A stretch of DNA of 64,000 nt from assembly GCA_000002435.2 (NCBI GenBank), contig CM018793.1; one strand, written 5' to 3'. Below the pieces are notes generated by a model. That model did not search any database. It worked only from the letters and a program-made list of their open reading frames with translations, and was not told the DNA's origin. Within the stretch, counting starts at the first letter, position 1. Each line of letters starts with the position of its first letter. Of this stretch, positions 10,601-19,982 are shown one piece after another. The position numbers and the translations under genes are program-made. Source of the stretch: Giardia intestinalis. Its lineage: Eukaryota.

Positions 10601-11330
10601 TGGGCCTTTCTGGAGAGCGACGTATCAATGTGCACGGTACCTTCTTGCGCTGTATGTTGCATATGGTTCTGCTGTTCTCGAAGCAGGATTAAGTGAGATA
10701 TACCAGAGGTTTTACACTGCTCTCAAAACGATGACAGGGGTTGGTAACGAGGAGATTCAGGCAGACTGTCTGTTAGTGGCCTCTGTCCTTGATCTTATAT
10801 GTGGAGTCACGCAGCTCCGTCAGGAAGGCGACCTGACGCGTCTTGTCAGCTCAATTGCAACAGTGGCTCCCTCTCTCAGTCAGGTAGGCTTTGCAGCGCA
10901 CGTGTTTCCCCTTCCTGTCTGCCTATTAGTTGTGATGGAGGAACTAATCTCAGAAGAGCAGTTCCAGCTGGTCAACACGTGGATTAGGTCCAATCAGGAA
11001 CCGCAAGATGATGAGCAGAAGCGAATAGCAGAATTTGCCGTGTACTTCTCCACCTATTTCTATTCGATGATGTCATACGTGACAGATTTTTACGTCACGA
11101 TTACCGGACATAGTAAGAAGCCTGATGAGCCTCTTGCCCTTGGCAATCCTGTATCAGCAGGAATGCTCTGCAATCTTGCAAGCTTGTATCGCGCAGGAGT
11201 ACTGCTTCAAGAAAACCTATCACCACCAGAGGGCAGCTTTGAAGCTAATTCTCTTAAGCTGGGTCTAAAACAATTGATTAGCTTGGTACCTGAGATTGAT
11301 GAGATAATCACCAGAACAGAAAAGAGGTAA
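7620..11330 (+). CDS. large Ser-rich / coiled-coil protein, tandem paralog A (shares a C-terminal domain with the next gene)
   Basis: 1236-aa ORF: low-complexity Ser/Asp-rich N-terminal two-thirds, a central coiled coil (KSEIAKQFAELQEIVASMSTQIKMLE), and a C-terminal ~300-aa region alignable to the C-terminus of 11570-15985 (for example YQCARYLLALYVAYGSAVLEAGLSEI vs YYTAKVLLAYFCAFGTDTLELITAI; LICGVTQLRQEGDLTRLV vs LIASLGVLCTEGDLASFV). Confidence 0.7.
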   Translation: MSALERGLHSRHLRDGASRNRDNSIFYDTMSCVERPQRIRNHPHKKQSKQSHGARAQTSYSFYQDDRRPNRYAHQRTSYTIHSDSDDSYIYSELDDRTDNENYDAPHPDRTMHYNKDFKAFCTEIAQYVVEACTRSAIQSSSMYVDTASSILSASPDDGMDDRAPASSKGHASSRRALLHGEFARNSRLTKSQDKLQSINEIFSGSHRGAHYSKGKDNTHHNGRYTYQQNPLAAPTAKRGMAQLESSPLRTQHGAARSPNAKALGDDSINSPRALQTRISKRSRPDKQGSEAAIRRLVVEPFPAEPPDSQRAMPHHASQKVRRTQPTSAHLESQTVVFSAEDNHLHSVDSSASDNNDSFVSDSNTDSSTYSNREDGINYVPMKKLSSNMKEDNNVTSVAVAAANAFSCISEGRERKASKKQSLVDARAISSHLPSDDDIKAAASQKNGIKEAFVHDSLVPCASADQQLAAIGGSSLYTELKSVNFNKQAISVRLVEITNDFRRYKSEIAKQFAELQEIVASMSTQIKMLECTINGLQIGVHAQPSFARGSGIFWHDSLIHKDHSAAAGRSSGTGANSVMQYPKIISTPLIDPARSSCSSTQMVSRSPEPIDVMRSEHKPPMVPSFHAGATDVMGRCDLRNYVLSTDGQSESVHDSVSSQTEPNSLSIVQMGDEKISALTASQISKEKKRKHHTSSKCEPRDSIGVTISPLSAAAEVLDRKSGLSDMAAPSARKHTRSSIQDFIKEASSTREKSPSRNPSLCQNSTASYVEDMDIHNEDPAVIGPEAPVSGISTDDPERTGDTKSTSRRSHRTGGIEFSDRGDTQDQTGYASTYEASDIHKSGKSKPRERRQRKSKSHSNSTKDYQGNEEASYSQSILSEQLVSMNILGANMVQPELEVPLNQSDTPIHPYLLSHPDSAEHAATLDPSNYGLIEKLFVSDLSRSPSIFNDDTEFMIVETIEIVQSIYILPGLRNNKLTTWSTACRTLGNLMINTDGPFWRATYQCARYLLALYVAYGSAVLEAGLSEIYQRFYTALKTMTGVGNEEIQADCLLVASVLDLICGVTQLRQEGDLTRLVSSIATVAPSLSQVGFAAHVFPLPVCLLVVMEELISEEQFQLVNTWIRSNQEPQDDEQKRIAEFAVYFSTYFYSMMSYVTDFYVTITGHSKKPDEPLALGNPVSAGMLCNLASLYRAGVLLQENLSPPEGSFEANSLKLGLKQLISLVPEIDEIITRTEKR

Positions 11331-11569
11331 ATATTGTTAGAGCTGAGCGTATCTATGCTATATTTTCTTGCAGATGTGTTAGCAGGCGTGTGTAGCTAGT
11401 AAATTACTCATTAACGAAACAGATGTCTCAATTCGCTGATAGAATAATCTAGTGGGCGATAAAATGAATGATGTAGGTGTAGTAGCAGCTACAATCCTAA
11501 TCTTCGGGAACTTACCAAAACTGCAGCGCAAAGCCAAAATTAAAATCTGTGTCAGGATTTCTTTGAGAA

Positions 11570-14500
11570 ATGCCCCCGCTTGTTTCCCAGTTTGGCCGAC
11601 AAAGAGCGAACATGAATGCAGGAGGCGTGCTTACCACGTACCGGAACGACTATGATCCTCGAGCACAGAGTAAAACGAAGCGGCTAACTGGCACAACCGG
11701 AGCGACATATCAGACGCGACTTGGGACGCGGGTACAGAATCTGCAGCCAGTTAGATCAAAACAGCAAGCCACACGCAGGCCAGTTGTCCCTCAACGGAAT
11801 ACTATTGCCTCAAACATCTTCCAGCTCGCAAATGCTCTCCAAGCGGCCAAAGGAACAGTTGGAACTCCTCGTCGTGAAGCAAAAAGTGTAGGAGATAGGC
11901 CTGCCTATCAAGTACCGAAGTCTATTGACAGACGAGCGGCTGCCCGCCGTCAAGAACCGTCAGATTCATACAGTGATTACTATAGTTACTATAGCGACTC
12001 ATATCCTTCGGATTACTTCGATGACCTTATCACTAGTCGATCAGTGTCTCAGCATGGGGCAAGTGGAAGCAAGGATACTAGTTTTGCTATGTTGGATGAC
12101 TTAATCGAACTAATCAAAGAAACCTCGATTAGCAGCCAGCACTCTCGTGATAGTAGAGACAACCCAAGTACAAGGTCAAGGGCTAAGGAGAAAAAGCCTT
12201 CATCTGTTTCTGCGTTCAAACGGCCTGCTAGAGCATCTCAGCCTAATTCACGATCTACTTCCAAATCAGATCCAAAATCACACAAAAAGACGTTTTCTCT
12301 TGCCGAAAGTCAACAGGAGGGTAGCGAACACGAGTTCGACAGTGTTATACACCAATCTCTTTCAACCTCGCAAAATAGTATTAACACCGAGATAGTTATT
12401 CCAAACACTAAGGTAAGTAGAGGGTCGATGAATTTCATAGAGCATAACAGAATGATGGCAGTACATCCATACAATGCCGCAAACAGTAGTAAGAAAGACT
12501 CTGCTCTCAGCTCTGGACAAGAGAAGCGCAGCTCTTACATGGAGAATGGGCTGGCCGGATCTACAACCGGATTTATCAACGAGTCACGTAGGCACCAACA
12601 ACTTAAACGGAAACAGGTCCAAGATACCCATTCTAATGAGGATAAATCGAACAAAAGGCATCACAGTACCGGAACACCTGACCTGTCTATAATCACTGGA
12701 TCGGCAGGCTCATTGGCTGCCCCACTGATATCCTCTGCCATTGCGACGTCTGGAGGCGCAGATCTATCTGTTGGTGTAGGATCTCACGCTATGACGTCTT
12801 CTTCAGCCCCTTTAATGCTAGAAAATAAGGATTTGCAAGCCAACTATTCTGAAACTCAAGGCCGCAACGGCCTCACTGATAAGCCTGCCCGGAGATATAT
12901 GTTGCTGAAGGATTCTGAGAGGTACAGGCTCACTGTGCAGCAGCAACAGCAAATGATACAACCTAACGCCCAACAGCCAGTGCTCTCACACTCTGCGTTA
13001 CTAGCATCTGGAGGACCTGCCGGGGAGTCTGGCGAAAAGGCTAATGCTAGCAACTCCGGGTTATCTATACGCGCAACCCCCAATAGCTCTGCGGTGGTGG
13101 TACCTCACCAGCTTCCAGGAGAGACGCCATTACCAAAGTATATAACGACCGCCAATGATGCATTCAATTTGTTCAGAGAAAAGTACCGCAATCTTAAGCA
13201 AGAAAAGAAAACGCTTGAAAAGGAGCTAACTGAACTGAGAGCTACTTTGGAAGCAGAAAGATCTGAGCTTATTGCTGCAAGACAGCAAATTAGGCATCTA
13301 GAAAGCACAAAGGCAGAGATGAGAAACGAGTTTCGGGCCATTTTAGACGAGAAGGAAAAGATCATCTATCAGCTCAACACTACAGTTGACCAAGCCCACA
13401 GAATAGCCATCGATAGGTCCCTCCTTGACAGATCGTCAGCGGATGGAGGGGACATTAAGTTATCAGCCCAGCCACCAGTTGATACAGAGGCGATCTATCG
13501 TGAAGCTTACGAACAAGCAAAAATAGAGCTCTTACGAGAGCTTAGGCAAGATCTGTCTGTGGAGCTAGAGCAACGGAGAACAAAGCATCGTGGCAAGGAC
13601 GGGGACATAGAATTGGCGCTTTCAAATTTGGTAACAAATAAGCAATACAGCGAGAACACTGTAGCAAGAACTAAGGAACCCGCCAAGCCCATTGTGTCCC
13701 GGATTTCCAATGAGTCGTCCGACATAGACTACCTAAAGAAGGGAAAGAAGCCTACTCTTGCCACGAGAAGTGGGTGTACCCAGGAACGGAATAGCTTTGA
13801 TAGTGAGAAGAAGGATGAGGCCGATAAGAGCTCCGAAGAGGTATTGCCAAGCAGGTCGCCACTTATCACCATCCCAGTTTCTACCCCAATCACTTCTAAG
13901 TCGACTGGCTCCACAACAAAAGCTGTGAAGGAGCTCACTGCCCAGGCCCTTATTGTATCAGAACGAGATCAGAGCGCACAATCTGGAGAGTCATCACCTA
14001 TGACTTTGTCCCCGGATATATACAAGGATCCTCTCCGTGGCATTTCCTTGCACTCTAAGCCACTGCCACCACCTGATGGCAATACCTTTGCTGAACTGCA
14101 AGAAGATGTCCATGAGCTTCCTGAGGTTGATAATAAAATTAACTCTGTAGACGGATCCAATGCAATCACTACTGTTGTTGCATTACAAAAGGAAACAGTC
14201 TTCACTGAGGCCAATGCTGTATGTGCTTTAGAGAATCTTCAAGTTAAGGAGTTTGCACATATTCCAGACACCACTGTTAGCGAAGAACCTCACGCAGAGG
14301 AGAAGCTACACGCACATCTCGAAGAGCCAGTTCTTCCTGAAGAAAAAGAAACTTATTTAGCAACTTCGGTTCCGCGTCTATCTTCAGAAAAATCATTGAA
14401 TAATCATTTACTAGATAAAGAGATACACAACGTAAAGAATACAAGAGAGGACAAGCTGGAGGGACAATTGAATTCGACATCAGAGCCACAGCTGGACTCA

Positions 14501-15985
14501 GAGGTTTGCAGTAAAGCTGACCATGCGCTCGATGAGAAACAGGTTGATGATGCTCCTCAGATGCAAACGCAGACACACGTAAGGCCGTTAGAACATGAGG
14601 CGTTTGCTCCTACTGACCATATAAACCAACAAGACACAGCAGTGTGCGAAAACGGACCCTCGGAGGTGAATATCGAAGAGCTTACTGATCTTATGCCAGC
14701 AATAACCCTGCCAAGCAATGACAGAGCCAGATTACTCAGCACAGAGAAGCCAGAGATAAAAGAACAAGAAAGCAACGAAGCCAAAAGAGAGGAGCAAAAC
14801 GAGCTACCCCAACACACGAATGTGGAGAGTCATATGGATATAGAGACAAAATCAGCAGGTGTTACTGAAAGCATCAATGTACTGGATGCATCGACGCTCA
14901 TGTCAGGAGTTGTCCCTGATATTTCGGAAATACTTGCTGATCATACAATCCAGAATCTAAGCATGCTCCCAACGCCGTCTGGGGTCTCGTTCATGCCACG
15001 AACAGAGGAGCACACAGGCTCAGAGGTTGCACTTCGGGACGATGGATCTGCTTATATGGAGTTGACTGCAGCTATTGATAACATCATTGACGACTCATAC
15101 TATGGAAACTTCATTGTAATATTTATGAATATGTCTGAGTACCCTGAAGGTGGGGAGACACTTTGCCAATTGGGAGTTAACATGGCCAACTGCATTTATG
15201 CAAATGCTAGTATAGAGCTCAATGCAATCAGTCAATTCGAGCCATTGTCAAAAGAACTACTAGAACTGGTGCATGATCAGCACAGTGTCTTGTGGTCAAT
15301 GTCCTACTACACAGCAAAGGTGTTACTAGCATACTTCTGTGCATTTGGAACAGACACCCTAGAGCTTATTACTGCAATAGCACCAGACTTTGCCGTCGTG
15401 CTCACCGAAGTCTCTCCAGATATGGGCGAAGGTTTTGCAAACGAGTGTCATGTTCTTGGGGCTCTTCTCAGTCTAATTGCAAGCTTAGGGGTCCTTTGCA
15501 CAGAGGGCGACTTGGCCAGTTTTGTACAGGCGTCTCAGACGTTACTAAATCTAATGAAGATAGACGACTGTCCTATCTATCTATACCCTATTCCTGTGAC
15601 CATAGTGATTTGCATTGAGGTGCTACTGACCAATGGATACTTCTTGCCATTGGAGGCAGATGACGACACTAAGGATGAGGCATCTATTTTGCAAGAGAAC
15701 GTCACAGAAGTCGTTGCTACGACCCTGGTGAAGTTATGCAAGAAATACCTAAACCAAGTGCAAGCGGGCGACAGTGACGAATTCCTCCCAGAGCAGCATG
15801 AACTATGCAACATAGCTTGCCTCATGCAATCAACGATTCTTTTGCAGCGCGAGGTTAGATTAAAACCGGAATTGTTAGAAAATGTGCAGGCTGTATTCGA
15901 AGGTGTCGCACAGTCAACTCGGGCACTTGCTAGTGTTCCAGGCTTGTCTCAATACTACGAGGTAGTTAGCTCCAGCAAATCATAA
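11570..15985 (+). CDS. large Ser-rich / coiled-coil protein, tandem paralog B
   Basis: 1471-aa ORF with the same layout as paralog A: disordered Ser/Thr/Gln-rich N-terminal half, a coiled coil (KKTLEKELTELRATLEAERSELIAARQQIRHLE), an acidic region, then the shared conserved C-terminal domain. Confidence 0.7.
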   Translation: MPPLVSQFGRQRANMNAGGVLTTYRNDYDPRAQSKTKRLTGTTGATYQTRLGTRVQNLQPVRSKQQATRRPVVPQRNTIASNIFQLANALQAAKGTVGTPRREAKSVGDRPAYQVPKSIDRRAAARRQEPSDSYSDYYSYYSDSYPSDYFDDLITSRSVSQHGASGSKDTSFAMLDDLIELIKETSISSQHSRDSRDNPSTRSRAKEKKPSSVSAFKRPARASQPNSRSTSKSDPKSHKKTFSLAESQQEGSEHEFDSVIHQSLSTSQNSINTEIVIPNTKVSRGSMNFIEHNRMMAVHPYNAANSSKKDSALSSGQEKRSSYMENGLAGSTTGFINESRRHQQLKRKQVQDTHSNEDKSNKRHHSTGTPDLSIITGSAGSLAAPLISSAIATSGGADLSVGVGSHAMTSSSAPLMLENKDLQANYSETQGRNGLTDKPARRYMLLKDSERYRLTVQQQQQMIQPNAQQPVLSHSALLASGGPAGESGEKANASNSGLSIRATPNSSAVVVPHQLPGETPLPKYITTANDAFNLFREKYRNLKQEKKTLEKELTELRATLEAERSELIAARQQIRHLESTKAEMRNEFRAILDEKEKIIYQLNTTVDQAHRIAIDRSLLDRSSADGGDIKLSAQPPVDTEAIYREAYEQAKIELLRELRQDLSVELEQRRTKHRGKDGDIELALSNLVTNKQYSENTVARTKEPAKPIVSRISNESSDIDYLKKGKKPTLATRSGCTQERNSFDSEKKDEADKSSEEVLPSRSPLITIPVSTPITSKSTGSTTKAVKELTAQALIVSERDQSAQSGESSPMTLSPDIYKDPLRGISLHSKPLPPPDGNTFAELQEDVHELPEVDNKINSVDGSNAITTVVALQKETVFTEANAVCALENLQVKEFAHIPDTTVSEEPHAEEKLHAHLEEPVLPEEKETYLATSVPRLSSEKSLNNHLLDKEIHNVKNTREDKLEGQLNSTSEPQLDSEVCSKADHALDEKQVDDAPQMQTQTHVRPLEHEAFAPTDHINQQDTAVCENGPSEVNIEELTDLMPAITLPSNDRARLLSTEKPEIKEQESNEAKREEQNELPQHTNVESHMDIETKSAGVTESINVLDASTLMSGVVPDISEILADHTIQNLSMLPTPSGVSFMPRTEEHTGSEVALRDDGSAYMELTAAIDNIIDDSYYGNFIVIFMNMSEYPEGGETLCQLGVNMANCIYANASIELNAISQFEPLSKELLELVHDQHSVLWSMSYYTAKVLLAYFCAFGTDTLELITAIAPDFAVVLTEVSPDMGEGFANECHVLGALLSLIASLGVLCTEGDLASFVQASQTLLNLMKIDDCPIYLYPIPVTIVICIEVLLTNGYFLPLEADDDTKDEASILQENVTEVVATTLVKLCKKYLNQVQAGDSDEFLPEQHELCNIACLMQSTILLQREVRLKPELLENVQAVFEGVAQSTRALASVPGLSQYYEVVSSSKS

Positions 15986-16006
15986 TCACTATGTGAACCG
16001 TGAGTG

Positions 16007-18247
16007 CTAGTCAGCAGAGGCCTCTACTTGAAAGAAATTCATATGTACTACGGGTGTCTCATAGCTCTGCGTATTTTCAGAGCTGTGGTACATCTCTACT
16101 GACGCAGATTGTAATTCGTTAGACATATGGACTTCACTTTTGTTCACAACGCTACCCTCCTTTTCGTGCCCTACACTGTGTGAATTCTCGTCGCTTAGTT
16201 GATCATTCGGTGTTGCATGTGCTTCGCAGATATGCAAATTGGTGTTGAGTCGTATTTGAGCTGCTGACTGATGCTCATGGCGAAGAAGTGCTTGAGTTAC
16301 TGGTCTCTTTGAGGTATTGCTTGTCGATGATGATACATATCCAACTGAAAAGTGTTCAGAATCCATCTTGCTTGAGGGCTCTAATGTGTTAGTCCGCGTG
16401 GCAGAGCAACTTGATTCAGTAGGATGTTCATGTAACAGGCTCTTTTCCGAGTTGGCTACACTACTGTCTGTATATTTGTTTCCCGTGCTGTGGTTACTAT
16501 CGGGCCTATTTCGCTTCTGCACTTTTGGCTGTCCTCTTGTTCTCTTCTCCTTGGTAACCACTTGAGGCTTTGATTTTCTGTTCCCCTTAGCTGAAGATCT
16601 CTGGTTCTTGGTGCTTAGTGGACGCATTTGTTTCTTGGCTGATTCTACCTTTGAGATGGTCAGATCTGTCATCGTGTCTGCGCGAGAAAACAAAGTAAAT
16701 CGCTTAGTCTGCAAGATCAAGCCTACAATAGCGAGAAGAAACGCCGTTGCTTCTCCAAAGCCAAAGGCCAGGACATAGATACCTCCTGCGCCCTGCAGAT
16801 ACATTATTGCAATGAAAGAGGCAAGCACAGTCACTGATTTTCCAAAGGCCATAGTTAAAGCCCCTGCTCCATAGTTAGATCCCTGCATAGCACCCAAAAC
16901 GACGGCATAAAGGCCAGATGGAAGATGAAACAACGCAGATAGCTTCAGGTACCTGGTTATCTCAACATAGAACTCTTCAGAATTCAAAGTAGAGTACTCC
17001 GGATCTATTGCATTTGCTTGTGGAAGAAGTATAACTTTACGGAGAGTGGGTTTAGCGGCAAAGAAGATAGCTATGCATATCAGAGCATTCAGTAGTGTAG
17101 CATATAGGGCACCCCATAGAGTGATTGAGCGAGCTCTGTTATATCTACGTGCATAATATGCGATTTGAACAAGATAGGACACTACTACTTCAAAGCTAGC
17201 TGCACTAAAGGTTGTAGCAGTCGATGCACGTAAAAACAGAGACAATGCTGCTTTTCCATTAACCATTCCCTCATAGTCTGTATAGTAGGTGCCATATGCT
17301 CTGTATATTAGTAAGATGGTGACGCTTTGAAGAGTAAGATTAATCATTGATGGGAGGGACCTCAATAAAAGCGTGCCAAGAATCTTGACATTGATTGGAA
17401 CCAAATGCCTAACTTTTAAACGAAGATTATTGTTGTACACGATCCCATATAGATTGACCCTCATCAGGAGCAGGCTTATCCATACCGTCACAACGACGCC
17501 ACTAAGACAGTATGCGAGGAGAGGGTAAAGCAAAAGCCTGGATGGGTCAGCTGGTTGAGTGTGTGCATACAGGAATAGATTGAAAAGGCCTAGAAGAACG
17601 ATTGAAAGCGAAAACAGAACGAGGTTTTTGACTGTCATAAGAAAGTGCCTTCCTTGAATCATCATAATTGGATCTACTGCGTGAGTGAAGAGAGAAAGAA
17701 GGGGGACAAGAACTGCACTTAGGAGCATGGCAGACGATCCTAACTGACGATGAATAAGAGGACCTCCACCATCTAGTAGTGAAGATAGCTGTGGAGCCAG
17801 AGGAGAAAAGAGTGATATAAGAATGGCCAGGATGCTACATAAGAAAAGTGTGTGTGTATAGTAAATGCTGGAGTCTGTGTATCTCCGGTGGACTATTGCG
17901 TGCTTGATAAAGTGCGAGGAGATGTATGAGATGACGGTCGGAATGCCCCGGTAAAGGGGAAACCCGAACAGGAAAATGGCCGATTCCACATAGAATTGCT
18001 CTCGGCCATAGAGATGAAGAATCATTACAGTATCGATAGTGTGCCAAACACACACAAGAATGCCACAAATATGCATGCTCAGGCCGAGCCCCCACAGAGC
18101 CTGGTGGACATTTCGATTCAACCCGTGGTCTGTAATCTCGTAAACAACATCGTTGCATGTCTGTGCATCATTAGCCTCCTCTGCAGTACTCTTGATGGAG
18201 CTCTGCTCGTGAAGGTAAGCGATGGCAGAGGCATCGTTTTCAGACAT
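16007..18247 (-). CDS. polytopic membrane protein (about 12 TM segments) with a hydrophilic basic C-terminal tail; possibly a MOP-superfamily (MATE/Rft1-like) transporter
   Basis: 746 aa. The first ~500 aa are a run of hydrophobic helices separated by short loops; the last ~250 aa are Ser/Lys/Asn-rich. The family assignment rests on topology only and is weak. Confidence 0.7.
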   Translation of the reverse strand: MSENDASAIAYLHEQSSIKSTAEEANDAQTCNDVVYEITDHGLNRNVHQALWGLGLSMHICGILVCVWHTIDTVMILHLYGREQFYVESAIFLFGFPLYRGIPTVISYISSHFIKHAIVHRRYTDSSIYYTHTLFLCSILAILISLFSPLAPQLSSLLDGGGPLIHRQLGSSAMLLSAVLVPLLSLFTHAVDPIMMIQGRHFLMTVKNLVLFSLSIVLLGLFNLFLYAHTQPADPSRLLLYPLLAYCLSGVVVTVWISLLLMRVNLYGIVYNNNLRLKVRHLVPINVKILGTLLLRSLPSMINLTLQSVTILLIYRAYGTYYTDYEGMVNGKAALSLFLRASTATTFSAASFEVVVSYLVQIAYYARRYNRARSITLWGALYATLLNALICIAIFFAAKPTLRKVILLPQANAIDPEYSTLNSEEFYVEITRYLKLSALFHLPSGLYAVVLGAMQGSNYGAGALTMAFGKSVTVLASFIAIMYLQGAGGIYVLAFGFGEATAFLLAIVGLILQTKRFTLFSRADTMTDLTISKVESAKKQMRPLSTKNQRSSAKGNRKSKPQVVTKEKRTRGQPKVQKRNRPDSNHSTGNKYTDSSVANSEKSLLHEHPTESSCSATRTNTLEPSSKMDSEHFSVGYVSSSTSNTSKRPVTQALLRHEHQSAAQIRLNTNLHICEAHATPNDQLSDENSHSVGHEKEGSVVNKSEVHMSNELQSASVEMYHSSENTQSYETPVVHMNFFQVEASAD

Positions 18248-18322
18248 TCGCTAAAAAATTCAAAAGCACACACAGACGGACTTTCGCTGTAACCTAAATA
18301 GGGTCACTTGCTGCTATATCAT

Positions 18323-18547
18323 TTACATCATGCTTGCGCCGCTAAGAAGACGGAAGACAGGGTAGCTTACAGTTTTGATTGCAAAGCCCGTTACACCGAT
18401 GGCAATGATTCCCATGCCTGTGGAAACAATGAGCTTTTTCACCTCCTCTGAAGTAGGCTTATCGCATCCATTCCAGAAACGACGCATGCTCGCGATTTCT
18501 CCCTTAACTTTTGCCACCGGGCCTTGGTTGGTGTTCTTTCCAGACAT
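18323..18547 (-). CDS. SEC61G: Sec61 gamma subunit (SecE/Sss1 family) of the ER translocon
   Basis: 74 aa. FWNGCDKPTSEEVKKLIVSTGMGIIAIGVTGFAIKTV aligns with the Sec61-gamma core ([36 protein letters not shown]) and has a single C-terminal TM helix. Confidence 0.8.
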   Translation of the reverse strand: MSGKNTNQGPVAKVKGEIASMRRFWNGCDKPTSEEVKKLIVSTGMGIIAIGVTGFAIKTVSYPVFRLLSGASMM

Positions 18548-18748
18548 TTTCTCTTTCCAGTTTTCTTTTAATTAAATTCACTTGTTCCATTTCAGCGAAA
18601 CGTCCTTGCCAGTTCCCGACGAGGTAGAGCACCGCGTGCGGCTGACTACGGTCTAGGAACAGCACTCTGTTGCTCTCGCTAGGAGGTACGTTAGCATATT
18701 GGAAGCAGCCCTGGGCGGTGTCTTTAAGACACAGTGTGGCACGTGGAC

Positions 18749-18765
18749 GCATTTACTACCTAAGT
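18749..18765 (-). promoter_or_regulatory. extended VSP-type polyadenylation signal (ACTTAGGTAGTAAAT) immediately 3' of the CRGKA stop codon
   Basis: The minus strand reads TGC CGC GGG AAG GCG TAG ACTTAGGTAGTAAATGC. This is the conserved 3' signature of Giardia VSP genes, containing the general AGTRAAY poly(A) signal. Confidence 0.65.
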
Positions 18766-19194
18766 CTACGCCTTCCCGCGGCAGAGGAACCACCAGCAGA
18801 GGAAGCCCACAAGCCCTCCTATAACGATGACAGCAGCCACAACAATGCCTGCAATAGCGCCAGTAGAAAGGCCGTTACTCTTGTTGGTGCCAGAAGACAC
18901 GCACGCGGTCTTCCCATCGTTCAGGCTGAATCCCTGGTCGCACACACACACCTTCTGGTCGTTGGCCGCGGAGTTCAGCGGGCAGCCCACGGCGCAGCTT
19001 CTTTTATCGAGTTGCACGTTCTGGCCAGAGACCTTGCAGTCCAGGCACGTCTGGTCGGGTTCTGCCCCGGCGCACGTCTTGCACCCTGCCGTGTCCAACC
19101 CTGATGCGCAGTTTGTGTTGGAAGCCACGCACGCGGTCTTCCCGCTGTCCTTTGCCAGCACGGTTGCACAAACTAGGAGAAATCCTACCAACAT
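18766..19194 (-). CDS. miniature VSP-like surface protein with signal peptide, a few CXXC motifs, a TM helix and a canonical CRGKA tail
   Basis: The track ORF (209 aa) starts at an upstream ATG. The internal ATG at 19192-19194 begins MLVGFLLVCATVLA, a typical signal peptide. The cysteine-rich ectodomain (CKTCAG, CLDC, GCPLN) is followed by a TM segment and ...FLCWWFLCRGKA*. The VSP poly(A) signal follows directly. Confidence 0.75.
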   Translation of the reverse strand: MLVGFLLVCATVLAKDSGKTACVASNTNCASGLDTAGCKTCAGAEPDQTCLDCKVSGQNVQLDKRSCAVGCPLNSAANDQKVCVCDQGFSLNDGKTACVSSGTNKSNGLSTGAIAGIVVAAVIVIGGLVGFLCWWFLCRGKA

Positions 19195-19982
19195 TAGCCG
19201 GAGTTCATGTGCCACTGCTCTTCTGTCAGGCTGATGTGTTGCCGCGAGCAGTGAGAGACAGCCGCTCTTACTCTCTTGATCAGTTGGACTGGAGAAAGAC
19301 GAGATAGGAGCATGCCCACCGGAGGCCAGTTGATAGCACGGTTCCCCCTGACTTCGATAGGAACAGGATGAGTGAGGGCCAGACTCAGATCGCACCTCTC
19401 TTGTGGAGTGATTGATTGGGGTGCACTCCTGTACATTGCTGTCGCTGTATCACTGGGCCCACCTGCAGGTGCGCTCAGAGATCCCACGGGTAAGCCGCGC
19501 CCACTTCCTGGTCGTCCGAAGACTATGGCTGGTTGTGGATAACATACTAAGAGCTCCTCTCCATCGATGCATCCAGAGCCCTGTGTGGTCCCAGTCGGCG
19601 TGCTCTGTCTGGGGCGCTCCGTGTCGGCCTCCAGGATCTGGCCTGCTCAGGGCCATACGAGCCGCTAGTATGCCCTCCTTGGCCTGCCATCGACAGCTCG
19701 CACTAGGCGCCTTGCTCGGGCAGTAACCAAGGTCACACCAAAGGGTGGCTCCGGATTGCAGTTAAAATCAGCGGCGGCTGTTGACTCCACTCCTTGTCCC
19801 AGCCACCGCAGAGGGTGCCCTGGGAGATGCTAGTAACAGTGCAGTTAGCAGCTTTGCAGGGCCGATGGGCGCTGGTGGCGTTCCCGTGTTCAGCCCCAAA
19901 AAGTTGCATAGACGCCTAGGTAACATGCTCAGCAGGCACCCTCAGTGTTATCTACTCTCTCAGGGGATGCCCCTACCTTGCT

